From NCBI GenBank assembly GCA_046091365.1, contig JBJTBM010000117.1, positions 11,030 through 75,029 on the forward strand: a DNA stretch of 64,000 nt, given 5' to 3'. Source of the stretch: Acidimicrobiia bacterium. GTDB lineage: Bacteria; Actinomycetota; Acidimicrobiia; Acidimicrobiales; Ilumatobacteraceae. The first letter of the stretch is position 1. The number at the start of each line of letters is the position of its first letter. Below, piece by piece: positions 9,355 through 18,843 of the stretch. Both the position numbers and the translations under genes were made by a program. The notes beneath the pieces were generated by a model. It worked only from the letters and a program-made list of their open reading frames with translations. It was not told the DNA's origin and did no database searches.

Positions 9355-10968
9355 TCAGGAGCCGGCGGCGATCTCCTTGGCCCATCGGTAGTCCGCCTTG
9401 CCCGACGGCGAGCGCAGGATCGACTTCACACGAATGATGGCTTTGGGCAACTTGTAACGGGCAATATGCCGGGAGGCCTCGTCGATCAGATCCTGATCGG
9501 TCGGATCGTAACCGGGGCGTAGCTGGACGATGGCGACGACCTCGTTGCCCCCGCGTTCGCTCGGTCGACCCGCGACGACGCTGTCGAAAACGGCCGGATG
9601 CGGACGAATCGCGAGCTCCACTTCCTCGGCGAAGATCTTCTCGCCGCCCGAATTGATGGTGACCGAGTCGCGCCCCCGCAGTTCGACGATCGGACCCTCG
9701 AGCAGAACCGCGCGATCGCCGGGTACGACGTAACGGACACCATCGATGATCGGGTACGTGCGGGCGGTCTTGGCCGGATCGCCCAGATATCCGAGAGCCA
9801 ATCGCCCGCTCTTGGCGAGCCAGCCCACCTCCGGATCGCTGGGCTCGAGAACCCGTGTGAGGTCCTCCGACAGGACGTGGTTGTTGGGAGTGAGCGGAAA
9901 GGTTCCCGTCGACGCGCCACCGGCGGCCGACACGTGGGTCAATTGACCGCCGGCCTCGGACGAGCCGAGTCCGTCGATGATCACGAGGTGCGGAGCGATC
10001 TCGAGCAATTCGCGTTTGAGGTGCGCCGACAGCGCCGCCCCGCCGGACAACAGCACGTTGAGTGACGAGAGGTCGTAGGAGCGCCGGTGCAGTTCGTCGA
10101 TCAGCGGTCGCGCGAAGGCGTCGCCGACGATCAACAGGAAGTCGATGCACTCCCGTTCGACGGTGCTCCAGATGTCGGCGGGATCGAGGCGCTCGGGCAC
10201 GCTCGGAACGAAGACCGTGCCTCCGATGTTCCACGTTCCGAGGCTCACCCAGTGTCCGGCGCCGTGCATGAACGGCGGGGCGATGAGGGCCCGGCGTCCC
10301 ACCGCGGCGGCCACGAACTCGTCGATCTTCGTCGCGGTCTTCGATGCGCCGAAGCACTCCACGAGCGCGTCGCCCTGTCGCCACATGACGCCCTTGGGCA
10401 TTCCGGTGGTACCACCGGTGTAGAGGATGTAGAGGTCGTCCGGAGTGGCCTCGTGCTCGATGGTGGTCGGAGCCCCGGCGATCGCGTCCTCGTACCACGT
10501 CGCCCCGTCGAGCAGCCTGTGGCCGGATTCGTCGCGTACCTGCAGCAGGATCCGCAAGCCGGGAAGCCGCTCGCGCACCTCGGCCAAGGTCGGGGCGAAG
10601 CACGAGTGAAAGACGATGGCCGTGGCGGCGGAGTCGAGCAACAGGTAGGTCAACTCCTCGGCGACGTATCGGTAGTTCACGTTGAATGGCGCGACCCGCG
10701 CCTTGAACGCACCGAGCATGCACTCGAGGTACTCGTTGCCGTTGTGCAGGTAGATGGCCAGGTGATCCTGTCCGCTCACAGACGGCTCCAGCCGGTCGCG
10801 CTCGATGTGGCAGCCGAGACCGGCGTCCTGCAGGTACCGGGCGAGCCGCCGGGTCCGATCGGTCACCTCGGCCCACGAGTACCGACGGTCGCCGAAGACG
10901 AGGCACTCCTGCTCGGGGCGAGTGCTCGCGATGGCCTCGTGCACCTCACCGACCGTGAATTCGTCCAC
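9355..10968 (-). CDS. acyl-CoA synthetase / AMP-binding enzyme (FadD-like)
   Basis: 537 aa with YTGGTTGMPKGV, a SGGEKI-type motif and PSGKADYR. TAGGTT lies 6 nt upstream of the GTG. Confidence 0.9.
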   Translation of the reverse strand: MDEFTVGEVHEAIASTRPEQECLVFGDRRYSWAEVTDRTRRLARYLQDAGLGCHIERDRLEPSVSGQDHLAIYLHNGNEYLECMLGAFKARVAPFNVNYRYVAEELTYLLLDSAATAIVFHSCFAPTLAEVRERLPGLRILLQVRDESGHRLLDGATWYEDAIAGAPTTIEHEATPDDLYILYTGGTTGMPKGVMWRQGDALVECFGASKTATKIDEFVAAAVGRRALIAPPFMHGAGHWVSLGTWNIGGTVFVPSVPERLDPADIWSTVERECIDFLLIVGDAFARPLIDELHRRSYDLSSLNVLLSGGAALSAHLKRELLEIAPHLVIIDGLGSSEAGGQLTHVSAAGGASTGTFPLTPNNHVLSEDLTRVLEPSDPEVGWLAKSGRLALGYLGDPAKTARTYPIIDGVRYVVPGDRAVLLEGPIVELRGRDSVTINSGGEKIFAEEVELAIRPHPAVFDSVVAGRPSERGGNEVVAIVQLRPGYDPTDQDLIDEASRHIARYKLPKAIIRVKSILRSPSGKADYRWAKEIAAGS

Positions 10969-11042
10969 GGGGCGAACCTAGGTGGACGGAAGTTGGCACC
11001 ACGAATCCGGTGGTCGTCGATCCCGTCGTTTAGGGTTCGGCC

Positions 11043-12041
11043 ATGACGCAACACGCGGCACCGGTGAGTGGTTCGTCGGCGAACGGCATCGTCTTCGGCA
11101 TGTTCATTCCGCAGGGCTGGAAGATGGAGTTGTCCAACATCGACGATCCGGCCGACAAGTGGGCCAAGACGATCGAGGTGGCCGAGGCCGCCGAGCGCCT
11201 CGGTTACGACTCGCTCTGGGTGTACGACCACTTCCACAATGTCCCGCGCCCGGCACACGAGACCGTTTTCGAGTGCTGGTCCACTATCGCGGCCGTCAGC
11301 CAGCGCACCTCGCGGATCAGGCTCGGGCAGATGGTCGGGTGCAACAGTTACCGCAACCCCGGTCTGCTGGCCAAGGTCACCTCGACGATCGACGTCATCT
11401 CGGGGGGACGCCTCGAGTGGGGGATCGGCGCCGGATGGTACGAGAACGAGTACCGCGCGTACGGATACGACTTTCCCAAGCCCAAGGACCGCATCGGCAT
11501 GCTGCGCGAGAGCGTGGAGATCGTGCGCTCCATGTGGACCGAGAAGGAGACCACCTACAAGGGCCAGTACTACGAGATGGTGCGGGCGAACTGTGATCCC
11601 AAGCCCCTGCAGCGCCCGATGCCCCCGATCTGGATCGGTGGCGGAGGCGAACAGCTGACCCTGCGCGTCGTGGCGATGTACGCGGACTGCTCGAACTTCG
11701 GGGGCAATCCCGAGGAATGGGAACGCAAGCGCAACACATTGTGGAACCACTGCCGCACGGTCGGGCGCGATCCGGCCACCATTCGCATGACCTGGTCACC
11801 GGAGGTGTTCATCCGCGAGACCGAAGCCGAGGTCGAGGCGGCCGGGTCCCGCAGCCTGTGGGGAGAGAACGTCGACTCGTGGCGGGCGGGCAACCTCGTG
11901 GGAACCCCCGAGCAGGTGTGCGAAAAGATCGAGACCTACTTGTCGCTCGGCTGTCGCGGCCTCGTGCCGTGGTGTCCCGACTACCCGAGTCTCGAGACAT
12001 TGGAGCTGTTCGCGACCAAGGTGATCCCGAACTTCCGCTGA
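11043..12041 (+). CDS. LLM-class (luciferase-like) F420-dependent oxidoreductase
   Basis: 332 aa with GYDSLWVYDHF, RIRLGQMV and GRLEWGIGAGW. TAGGGT lies 6 nt upstream of the ATG. Confidence 0.85.
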   Translation: MTQHAAPVSGSSANGIVFGMFIPQGWKMELSNIDDPADKWAKTIEVAEAAERLGYDSLWVYDHFHNVPRPAHETVFECWSTIAAVSQRTSRIRLGQMVGCNSYRNPGLLAKVTSTIDVISGGRLEWGIGAGWYENEYRAYGYDFPKPKDRIGMLRESVEIVRSMWTEKETTYKGQYYEMVRANCDPKPLQRPMPPIWIGGGGEQLTLRVVAMYADCSNFGGNPEEWERKRNTLWNHCRTVGRDPATIRMTWSPEVFIRETEAEVEAAGSRSLWGENVDSWRAGNLVGTPEQVCEKIETYLSLGCRGLVPWCPDYPSLETLELFATKVIPNFR

Positions 12042-12042
12042 C

Positions 12043-12501
12043 TCAGACGTACGAGCGGAAGATGATCTCGGCGACGCACGATGGCTTGGGCGAACCTTCG
12101 CACTCGAACGTGAATTCCATCGTCGACTGCACGCCACCGGCGATCTCCTCGATCGCCAGCAACTTCACGCCGAGGCGCAGACGGGCCCCGACGGGCACCG
12201 GCGAGGGGAACCGGACCTTGTTGGCTCCGTAGTTCACACCCATCGAGAAGCCTTCGATGCGCACCACGGTCGGATAGAGCGCCGGTCCGAGCGACAGCGT
12301 CAGGTAGCCGTGGGCGATCGGTCCTCCGAAGGGACCGGACTTGGCCCGTTCCACGTCGACGTGGATCCACTGGTGGTCACCGGTCGCTTCGGCGAACTGA
12401 TTGACCCGCTCCTGGGTGATCTCCATGTAGTCGCTGTAACCCAAGTGCTCGCCCACGGCGGCCTTGAGTCCTTCCACTCCGACGATGACGCGTGCGCTCA
12501 T
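12043..12501 (-). CDS. MaoC-family (R)-specific enoyl-CoA hydratase
   Basis: Hot-dog hydratase motif (FAEATGDHQWIHVDVERAKSGPFGGPIAHGY). The start is placed at ATG 12501 because CAGGAT lies 6 nt upstream. The ORF track extends to 12606. Confidence 0.85.
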   Translation of the reverse strand: MSARVIVGVEGLKAAVGEHLGYSDYMEITQERVNQFAEATGDHQWIHVDVERAKSGPFGGPIAHGYLTLSLGPALYPTVVRIEGFSMGVNYGANKVRFPSPVPVGARLRLGVKLLAIEEIAGGVQSTMEFTFECEGSPKPSCVAEIIFRSYV

Positions 12502-12538
12502 GGCGACATCCTGCCAGACGGAGGCGGTCCCGCCGAAC

Positions 12539-12970
12539 TCAGCGGTACCAGACTCTTTGGTGTTCGCGACTTTGGGGGTGCAACAACAGTGCGCAAAGGG
12601 CGACATCGAAGATCAGGCTGATCGTGTTGCCCCCGCTGATGCGGTCCCAGATGTCGAAACGGGAACCGGAAAGGATCCAGAACCGCAGGAGGAACGGCGA
12701 GAAAGCGGCGAAGAGGCCGAGTCGCCAACCCCAGCGACGGTCGTTGGCCATGAGTAGTCCGCCGAGGATGAACGAAGCGATCACGGCGAGTCCGATGACG
12801 GCACCGATCCCCCCTTTGTCGACGCGGGCGTAGCCCACCCAATCGGAGCGATCCATGAACCCGATGAGCGCGAAGAACCCGTTGAGGTAGAGCAGCATCG
12901 TGGCGATCTGCAGGGTCTGCGGAGCCATTCGGTCGAACCAGCGGCGAAAGTCGATCGACGAGCGGGCCAT
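12539..12970 (-). CDS. small integral membrane protein, hypothetical
   Basis: About four hydrophobic spans. The start at ATG 12970 is supported by CATCCT 6 nt upstream. It is divergent from era. Confidence 0.55.
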   Translation of the reverse strand: MARSSIDFRRWFDRMAPQTLQIATMLLYLNGFFALIGFMDRSDWVGYARVDKGGIGAVIGLAVIASFILGGLLMANDRRWGWRLGLFAAFSPFLLRFWILSGSRFDIWDRISGGNTISLIFDVALCALLLHPQSREHQRVWYR

Positions 12971-13043
12971 GCACACAGGATGGCACATCCACGGGGGACG
13001 ATTCGGTCGAGGCTCCGGGTTCGTCCCGATAGGGTCAGGCGCG

Positions 13044-13883
13044 ATGCGCTCGGGATTCGTCACGTTGGTCGGTCGCCCCAACGTCGGCAAGTCGACGTTG
13101 TTGAACGCGATCTGCGGCAGCAAGGTGTCGATCGTCTCCGACAAACCGCAGACGACCCGTCGTCAGGTACGCGGCGTGCTCACCCGCACCGACGCCCAGA
13201 TCGTCTTCGTCGACACGCCGGGCTTGCACAAGCCCGTCACCGCTCTCGGCGAGCGGGTGAACGCCGCGGCGATCGAGTCACTCACCGACGTCGACGTGGC
13301 CATTCTGGTGTTGGACGGGACGATGCCGTTCGGGTCCGGCGACCGCTGGGTGGCCTCGCGTCTCGACCTGAGCAAGACGATCGTGGTGGTGAACAAGACC
13401 GATCGCGCCGGACGCGACAAGACTCTGGCCCAACTGGCGACGTCGTCCGAACTCGATGCGGTGGCCTACTTCCCGGTGTCGGCCAAGTCGGGCGACGGAA
13501 TTGGGCCGCTCGTCGAGCACGTCGTGTCCATGCTCCCCGAGGGGCCGATGTACTACCCCGAAGACGTGGTCAGCGACCTCCCGGAGTCCGAATGGGTCGC
13601 CGAATTGGTGCGCGAGCAGTTGCTCGCGATGTTCCGAGAGGAATTGCCGTATTCGATCGCGACCCGCGTGACCGAGTGGGAGTGGCCGCGTGTGCGCTGT
13701 GAGATCGTCGTGGAGCGCGAGAGCCAAAAGGGTATGGTCATCGGCAAAGGGGGAGCGGTCCTCAAAGAGGTCGGCACTCGCGTGCGGCGCCAGTTGCCCG
13801 ACGGGGTTTTCATCGAACTGCACGTGGTGGTCGACAAGGATTGGCAACAACGACCCGATCGCGTCGAGCGTCTCGGTTACTGA
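13044..13883 (+). CDS. era: GTPase Era
   Basis: GRPNVGKST P-loop, DTPG, NKTD and a C-terminal KH domain (VIGKGGAVLKEVG). TAGGGT lies 8 nt upstream of the ATG. Confidence 0.95.
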   Translation: MRSGFVTLVGRPNVGKSTLLNAICGSKVSIVSDKPQTTRRQVRGVLTRTDAQIVFVDTPGLHKPVTALGERVNAAAIESLTDVDVAILVLDGTMPFGSGDRWVASRLDLSKTIVVVNKTDRAGRDKTLAQLATSSELDAVAYFPVSAKSGDGIGPLVEHVVSMLPEGPMYYPEDVVSDLPESEWVAELVREQLLAMFREELPYSIATRVTEWEWPRVRCEIVVERESQKGMVIGKGGAVLKEVGTRVRRQLPDGVFIELHVVVDKDWQQRPDRVERLGY

Positions 13884-13898
13884 CCGAGTGGTCGTACG

Positions 13899-14540
13899 TC
13901 AGCAGGCGTACCCCGCCGGCAGAAGATTCGCGTAGTCGTCGCAGGCGACGGTCCCACCGGGATCGGTGAGGTCGCCCCGTCCGCGTGGAACGCTCTGCGG
14001 GTTCGATCCCGAGGTGAAGGCAACCTGACCGATGCCCGCGCGTCGCGTGAGGGTCAGCACGATCTGGGCGATCGCCAATCGCTGTTCGGCTCCGGGGAGC
14101 CCCGTGATGAACGCGGGCGGGAGGTCCACCGTGGCCACACCACGCGAAACCTCGACCGCGGCAACGAAGTCCAGCGCCAGCGCGGTGCGCAACCCGGCCG
14201 CCGTGTCGCCCTCGGGCACTCCTTCGGCCAGGGCGGCCATCACCTGGGGCGCCGCGGCGGGACTGAGTAGCAGTCGGGTGATCGGCACCACCTGCGTACC
14301 GGCGACGAAGAAGAGATTCACGACTTCGACGGGCACCGTCGTGCTGGTGGTGGTCGACTCGACCGGCTGCACGGTGGTCGCGGGGGCCGCGGTGGTGGTG
14401 GTGGTGGTCACCGCGATGGTGGTCACGTTGAGTTCGTACGGGATCTGGTCGGGGTCGATGGAGCTCACATCCCCCGAACCGGGGATGCTGCACCCCACGA
14501 GCGCGACGAGGTTGACAAGGACGACAGCTCGAAATCTCAC
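13899..14540 (-). CDS. GerMN-type lipoprotein (miniature LpqB-like)
   Basis: Lipobox LVALVGC, a Thr-rich linker and a C-terminal GerMN-like segment. It overlaps the kinase stop by 4 nt. Confidence 0.7.
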   Translation of the reverse strand: MRFRAVVLVNLVALVGCSIPGSGDVSSIDPDQIPYELNVTTIAVTTTTTTAAPATTVQPVESTTTSTTVPVEVVNLFFVAGTQVVPITRLLLSPAAAPQVMAALAEGVPEGDTAAGLRTALALDFVAAVEVSRGVATVDLPPAFITGLPGAEQRLAIAQIVLTLTRRAGIGQVAFTSGSNPQSVPRGRGDLTDPGGTVACDDYANLLPAGYAC

Positions 14541-15934
14541 GAGACCTCCCGGGGGAAGAAGACGACGAATCGTGCGCCACCGGTCGGGGCGTCCTCGACC
14601 CAGGTGCGACCGCCGTGAGCGCGCACGTGTTCGTCGACGAGAGCGAGGCCGAGGCCGGTTCCACCGGCTCGGCTGCGACCGGCCGAACCGCGGGCGAAGC
14701 GCTCGAAGATGCGCAAGCGTTCGCTGTGGGCGACGCCGGGGCCGGAGTCCTCCACCGCCACGACGATTCCGATGACGCCGGATTCCTCGGCGTGATTCTC
14801 GATCCTGATGCGGTCGGCGCCTCCGCCGTGGATGCGGGCGTTGTCGAGGAGGTTCGCCAGGATGCGCTCGAATCGTCGCTTGTCGACCGCGCCGACTCCG
14901 TCACTGTCGGGTGCCACCACGACGGGCACGTCGGTCGCCCCATAGCGCTGAGCGATACGTCGCACGAGGGCGACGAGGTCGGTTTCCTCGCGGTGGAGGT
15001 CGGTCACGCCGACGTCGAGGCGCGCGAGCTCGAGCAGGTCGATCACCATCTGGTCGAACCGACGCACCTGGCTGATGACGACATCGAGCGCCTGCTGTGT
15101 CCTATCGTTCAGGTCGGCCCGGCGCGCGTCGAGTACCTCGACCGCGGCCGCCAGGGCGGTGATGGGCGAGCGCAACTCGTGGCTCACGTCGCTGGCGAAG
15201 CGAGCCTCGCGTTCGATGCGGGTTTGGACGGCGTCGGCCATCTCGTTGAACGACGTGACGAGTCGGGCCAGGTCGGGGTCGACCTCCTCGTCGAGTCGGG
15301 TGTCGAGTCCGCCTTCGGCGATGTCCCCTGCGGCCTCGCTCACCCGTTCGAGGGGCCGCATGATACGACGGCCGACCGCGACGCCGACGAGCCCGGCCAC
15401 CAGGGCGACCACGATCACGCCGACGATCAACGCCGAGCCGATAGCGGTCAGCGTGCGCTGTTCATCATCGAGCGGGAAAGCCTCGAAATACTGGGCGTCG
15501 ATGTCGGCGATGTGGACCGCCACCGCGATGTACGGCTGGTCGTCGAACGTGAACCTTTGGCGCGACGTGGTTCCGGTGAGTGCCGCCTGCACCAACTCCG
15601 GGGGGAACGCGGCCTGCGTGTAGCGGATTTCCTGGCTGAAGTAGAGGTTCTCGGGCTGCAGGTGCAGGACCGCGAACCCGCCCTGCTCGGTGCGCACGTT
15701 GCTGATCAACTCGAACGCCTCGCTGCGTCGGGTACGGATCTGCGAACGGATCAGTTGGGCGTTGTTGAAGGACTGGCGTTCGACGACGTCGTCGCGACGC
15801 TGGAGGATGTAGGACCGTGCGGTCAGATAGGTGGCAGTCGAGAGTGCCACCGAGGCGAGCAGACCGGTGGCGACGAACAGCAACGTCACGCGCTGGCGCA
15901 GGCTGATGGAGCGCAGTCGATCCCGCAGGGTCAC
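14537..15934 (-). CDS. mtrB: sensor histidine kinase, MtrB-like
   Basis: Two TM spans, a HAMP domain, the H-box FASDVSHELRSP and an HATPase domain (DSGPGV, GGTGLGLA). The start at GTG 15934 is supported by CAGGAT 6 nt upstream. An alternative longer start is GTG 16087. Confidence 0.8.
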   Translation of the reverse strand: MTLRDRLRSISLRQRVTLLFVATGLLASVALSTATYLTARSYILQRRDDVVERQSFNNAQLIRSQIRTRRSEAFELISNVRTEQGGFAVLHLQPENLYFSQEIRYTQAAFPPELVQAALTGTTSRQRFTFDDQPYIAVAVHIADIDAQYFEAFPLDDEQRTLTAIGSALIVGVIVVALVAGLVGVAVGRRIMRPLERVSEAAGDIAEGGLDTRLDEEVDPDLARLVTSFNEMADAVQTRIEREARFASDVSHELRSPITALAAAVEVLDARRADLNDRTQQALDVVISQVRRFDQMVIDLLELARLDVGVTDLHREETDLVALVRRIAQRYGATDVPVVVAPDSDGVGAVDKRRFERILANLLDNARIHGGGADRIRIENHAEESGVIGIVVAVEDSGPGVAHSERLRIFERFARGSAGRSRAGGTGLGLALVDEHVRAHGGRTWVEDAPTGGARFVVFFPREVS

Positions 15935-16197
15935 CCACTCATCCTGCCCGATCGGATCGACGTCGACACGGGGCGTTCGGTGGCGGACAGCGAATCGCCC
16001 GGTTCGGGCTGGGCCAGCGAACCGGGCGAGATCCGTGTCGATCGCGCCGGGCGGTGAGGGCCAGGGGGAGGACGGCCCCCACCGCACCAGCGTGAACGGG
16101 GGTCAGTCTCCCGAGGGTCTGTGAAAGGTCCGTGTGGCTTCTGTGCGTTTTGTGTAACAAATCGGGACCGGGACACCGGATCGGCGAGAATCGTCCC

Positions 16198-16884
16198 GTG
16201 CACTCGCTGCTCTTCATCGAAGACGACGACCAGATCAGGTTGGCCCTGCGACTGGCCCTGGAGGATGAGGGGTACGAGGTGCGCGAAGCCGCCGACGGGG
16301 TGGCGGGTCTGGCCGCGTTCCACCAGAGAGAACCCGACCTCGTGCTGCTCGACCTACGGCTGCCCGACATCTCGGGCTTCGAGGTCTGTCGGGCCATCCG
16401 GGCCATGAGCATCGTCCCGATCGTGATGGTCACGGCCGAGACCGACACGATCGACATGGTGTCGGGACTCGAGGCCGGGGCGGACGACTACGTGACGAAG
16501 CCCGTGGTCCCCAAGGAATTGGCGGCGCGCATTCGCGCGCACCTACGCCGGGTGCAGTTGCAGGTGACCGTCGCTCCGACCACCACGGAGACCTTCGGCG
16601 ACATCGACCTGCGACGCGAGCAGGGTCTCGTCTTCAAGGCCGGACGCGAATTGTCGTTGACCAAGACCGAGTTCAACCTCCTCTGCGAGTTCGCCGATCA
16701 CCCGAACGTCGTGTTGTCGCGCGATCAACTGTTGGAGCGGGTATGGGGCTACGACTACCTCGGTGACAGTCGGCTCGTCGACGCGCACGTGCGTCGGTTG
16801 CGCGTGAAGATCGAGGACCACCCCGACGACCCGCGCATCATCCTGACCGTGCGCGGTCTGGGCTATCGGCTCATCCCCGCGTGA
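16198..16884 (+). CDS. mtrA: OmpR-family response regulator, MtrA-like
   Basis: IVMVTAETDTIDMVSGLEAGADDYVTKPVVPKELAARIRAHLRR closely matches remembered MtrA. A winged-helix C-terminus is present. GAGAAT lies 6 nt upstream of GTG 16198. Confidence 0.85.
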   Translation: MHSLLFIEDDDQIRLALRLALEDEGYEVREAADGVAGLAAFHQREPDLVLLDLRLPDISGFEVCRAIRAMSIVPIVMVTAETDTIDMVSGLEAGADDYVTKPVVPKELAARIRAHLRRVQLQVTVAPTTTETFGDIDLRREQGLVFKAGRELSLTKTEFNLLCEFADHPNVVLSRDQLLERVWGYDYLGDSRLVDAHVRRLRVKIEDHPDDPRIILTVRGLGYRLIPA

Positions 16885-18784
16885 TGTTGCGGAGGAACTC
16901 GGCCACCTCGCGGCGGTCGATCGACTTGCGCATAGGGGGCATGGCCGCCATGATGTCGCGCCGGTAACCCTTCACGGCCAGACGCGAGTCGAAGACCGCC
17001 ACCACCCCACGGTCGGAGGCGTTGCGGATGAGACGTCCGGTCGCCTGGGCGAGCAGGGTTGCCGCCCGGGGCAGGTCGATGTCGCGGAACGCGCGGTCGC
17101 CGAGCGCCTCGCGTCGGGCGCTGAGCAAAGGGTCGTCGGGTCGGGGAAACGGGATGCGATCGATCGTCACGAGCGACAACGTGCGGCCGGGAATGTCGAT
17201 GCCTTGGAAGAAACTCGCCGTCGCGAACAGGCACGACGTTTCGTCGTCGCTGAACAATCGTACGAGTTGGGCCCGGGGGAACTGGTTCTGTTCGAAGATG
17301 GTGACGCCGAGTCGTGGTCGGAGTGCTTGCGCGGCGGCTTCCATCGCCTTGTAACTCGTGAAGAGGGCCAATGTGCGTCCGCCGGCGGCCTCGATGAGGT
17401 GGTGCAGTTCGTCGTGCATCGCCGAGCGGAACGCGGGCGCGTTGGGTTCGGGGAGGGATTTGGCGCAGTAGAGAATCGCATTCTCGCCGTAGTCGAAAGG
17501 GCTCTCGACGTTCAGCAGGCTCGTGTCCTCGAGTGGAAGGCCGACGCGGGTCGGCATGTTCGCCGGGATGGTCGCACTGGTCAAGATCGCGGTGTGCTTC
17601 GACCAGATCCCCTCGCGCAGGAACGACGAGACGTCGAGGGGTGCGATGTCGAGCACCGGACGATCGACTCGTCCGCTCACGAACGGCACGAAGGTGGCAT
17701 CGATTCCCAACGCGGCGTTGAGGGTCGCGTCGAGGCGACCGGCGAGTGTCTGGGCGCGCAGTCGACGTTGGGCCGAGTCCTCGTCCTTGGTCTCCACGCG
17801 TCGCAGCGCCTCGAGGGCGGTCGACACCACCCGCACCCCGTTGGCCAGCACCTCGGCGATTGGTCGAGGCAACGGCGTCGACAGACGATTGTTGTGGTCG
17901 GGTGCGAGCACCTCGGTGAGCATCGCACCGACGTCGGTGATCATCTTTTGCAGATCCGGGTCGTCGATGATGCGTCGGACCGCGTTGGCGAAGAAGGTGA
18001 AACTTCCGTCGCCGATCGAGAGCCCGATGGTGCCACTCATCGTGTCCTCGAGACCGTGCGCCTCGTCGACGATCACGATCTCGTGCTCGGGTAGCAACGC
18101 CCCGTCGGATGCGATGTGGTTGCCATAGAGGTGCGTGTTGACGACGATGACGTCGGCCTCGGCGGCTCGGGCTCGGGCCACCTCGGTGAAACACGAGCCG
18201 CCGAAGGGACAGCGGTTCGCCCCGGGGCACTCTTCGCTGCCGACCGACACCGCGATCCGGGCCCGTTCGGAAGGTGCGAAGGCGAGCGAGTCGAGGTCGC
18301 CGCTCGGCGTCGTGGCGGCCCAGGCGACGAGTTGGTCGATCTCGCGTTTGGTCGAGGCGGAGTAATCGTCGAGTTCGAGCAGGGTCGGGGAGTCGTCCTT
18401 GCGACGCTTACTCGCGACTTCTCCGGTCAATTCGGCGACCCGCTGACGACAGACGTAGTTACGACGACCCTTCAGGACCGCCCACGACACCTCGCGACCC
18501 AGGTATTCGCGCAGTGCGTCGACGAGGAACGGCAGATCCTTGGAGGCCAATTGGTCCTGCAGGTTCTTGGTGGCGGTGGCGACCACCGTGCGCTTGCCCG
18601 ACATCATCGCGGGCACGAGGTACGCGATGGTTTTGCCCGTTCCGGTGCCGGCTTGGACGACGAGGTGACGTCCCTCGGTGATGGCCTCCTCGACGGCCAT
18701 GGCCATCTGGCGTTGCCCAGGTCGGCTCTCGGCGCGGGGCAACGCCGACGTGGCGATCTCGAGCGCATCGGACAATCTGGGCAT
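16871..18784 (-). CDS. dinG: ATP-dependent DinG/XPD-family helicase (Fe-S type)
   Basis: 637 aa with QAGTGTGKT and DEAH, a Cys cluster (VCRQ...ECPGANRCPFGGSC), and helicase motifs V/VI. TACGGT lies 6 nt upstream of ATG 18784. Confidence 0.85.
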   Translation of the reverse strand: MPRLSDALEIATSALPRAESRPGQRQMAMAVEEAITEGRHLVVQAGTGTGKTIAYLVPAMMSGKRTVVATATKNLQDQLASKDLPFLVDALREYLGREVSWAVLKGRRNYVCRQRVAELTGEVASKRRKDDSPTLLELDDYSASTKREIDQLVAWAATTPSGDLDSLAFAPSERARIAVSVGSEECPGANRCPFGGSCFTEVARARAAEADVIVVNTHLYGNHIASDGALLPEHEIVIVDEAHGLEDTMSGTIGLSIGDGSFTFFANAVRRIIDDPDLQKMITDVGAMLTEVLAPDHNNRLSTPLPRPIAEVLANGVRVVSTALEALRRVETKDEDSAQRRLRAQTLAGRLDATLNAALGIDATFVPFVSGRVDRPVLDIAPLDVSSFLREGIWSKHTAILTSATIPANMPTRVGLPLEDTSLLNVESPFDYGENAILYCAKSLPEPNAPAFRSAMHDELHHLIEAAGGRTLALFTSYKAMEAAAQALRPRLGVTIFEQNQFPRAQLVRLFSDDETSCLFATASFFQGIDIPGRTLSLVTIDRIPFPRPDDPLLSARREALGDRAFRDIDLPRAATLLAQATGRLIRNASDRGVVAVFDSRLAVKGYRRDIMAAMPPMRKSIDRREVAEFLRNITRG

Positions 18785-18790
18785 CGGGTC

Positions 18791-18796
18791 ACCGTA
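18791..18796 (-). promoter_or_regulatory. -10 element TACGGT for leaderless dinG
   Basis: On the minus strand: TACGGT, a 6-nt spacer, then ATG at 18784. Confidence 0.4.
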
Positions 18797-18843
18797 CCGC
18801 AGGGTCGCCGGACACGATGGGGACGGCGATGGCTCGCGACGAT

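Noticed and set aside
14537-16087. The longest version of the MtrB-like kinase ORF (start GTG 16087).
   Set aside because: It is not excluded, because third-position G+C stays fairly high in the extension. However, GTG 15934 has the CAGGAT-6-GTG leaderless signature and gives an N-terminus that begins just before the first TM helix. I therefore report the shorter form and flag the alternative.
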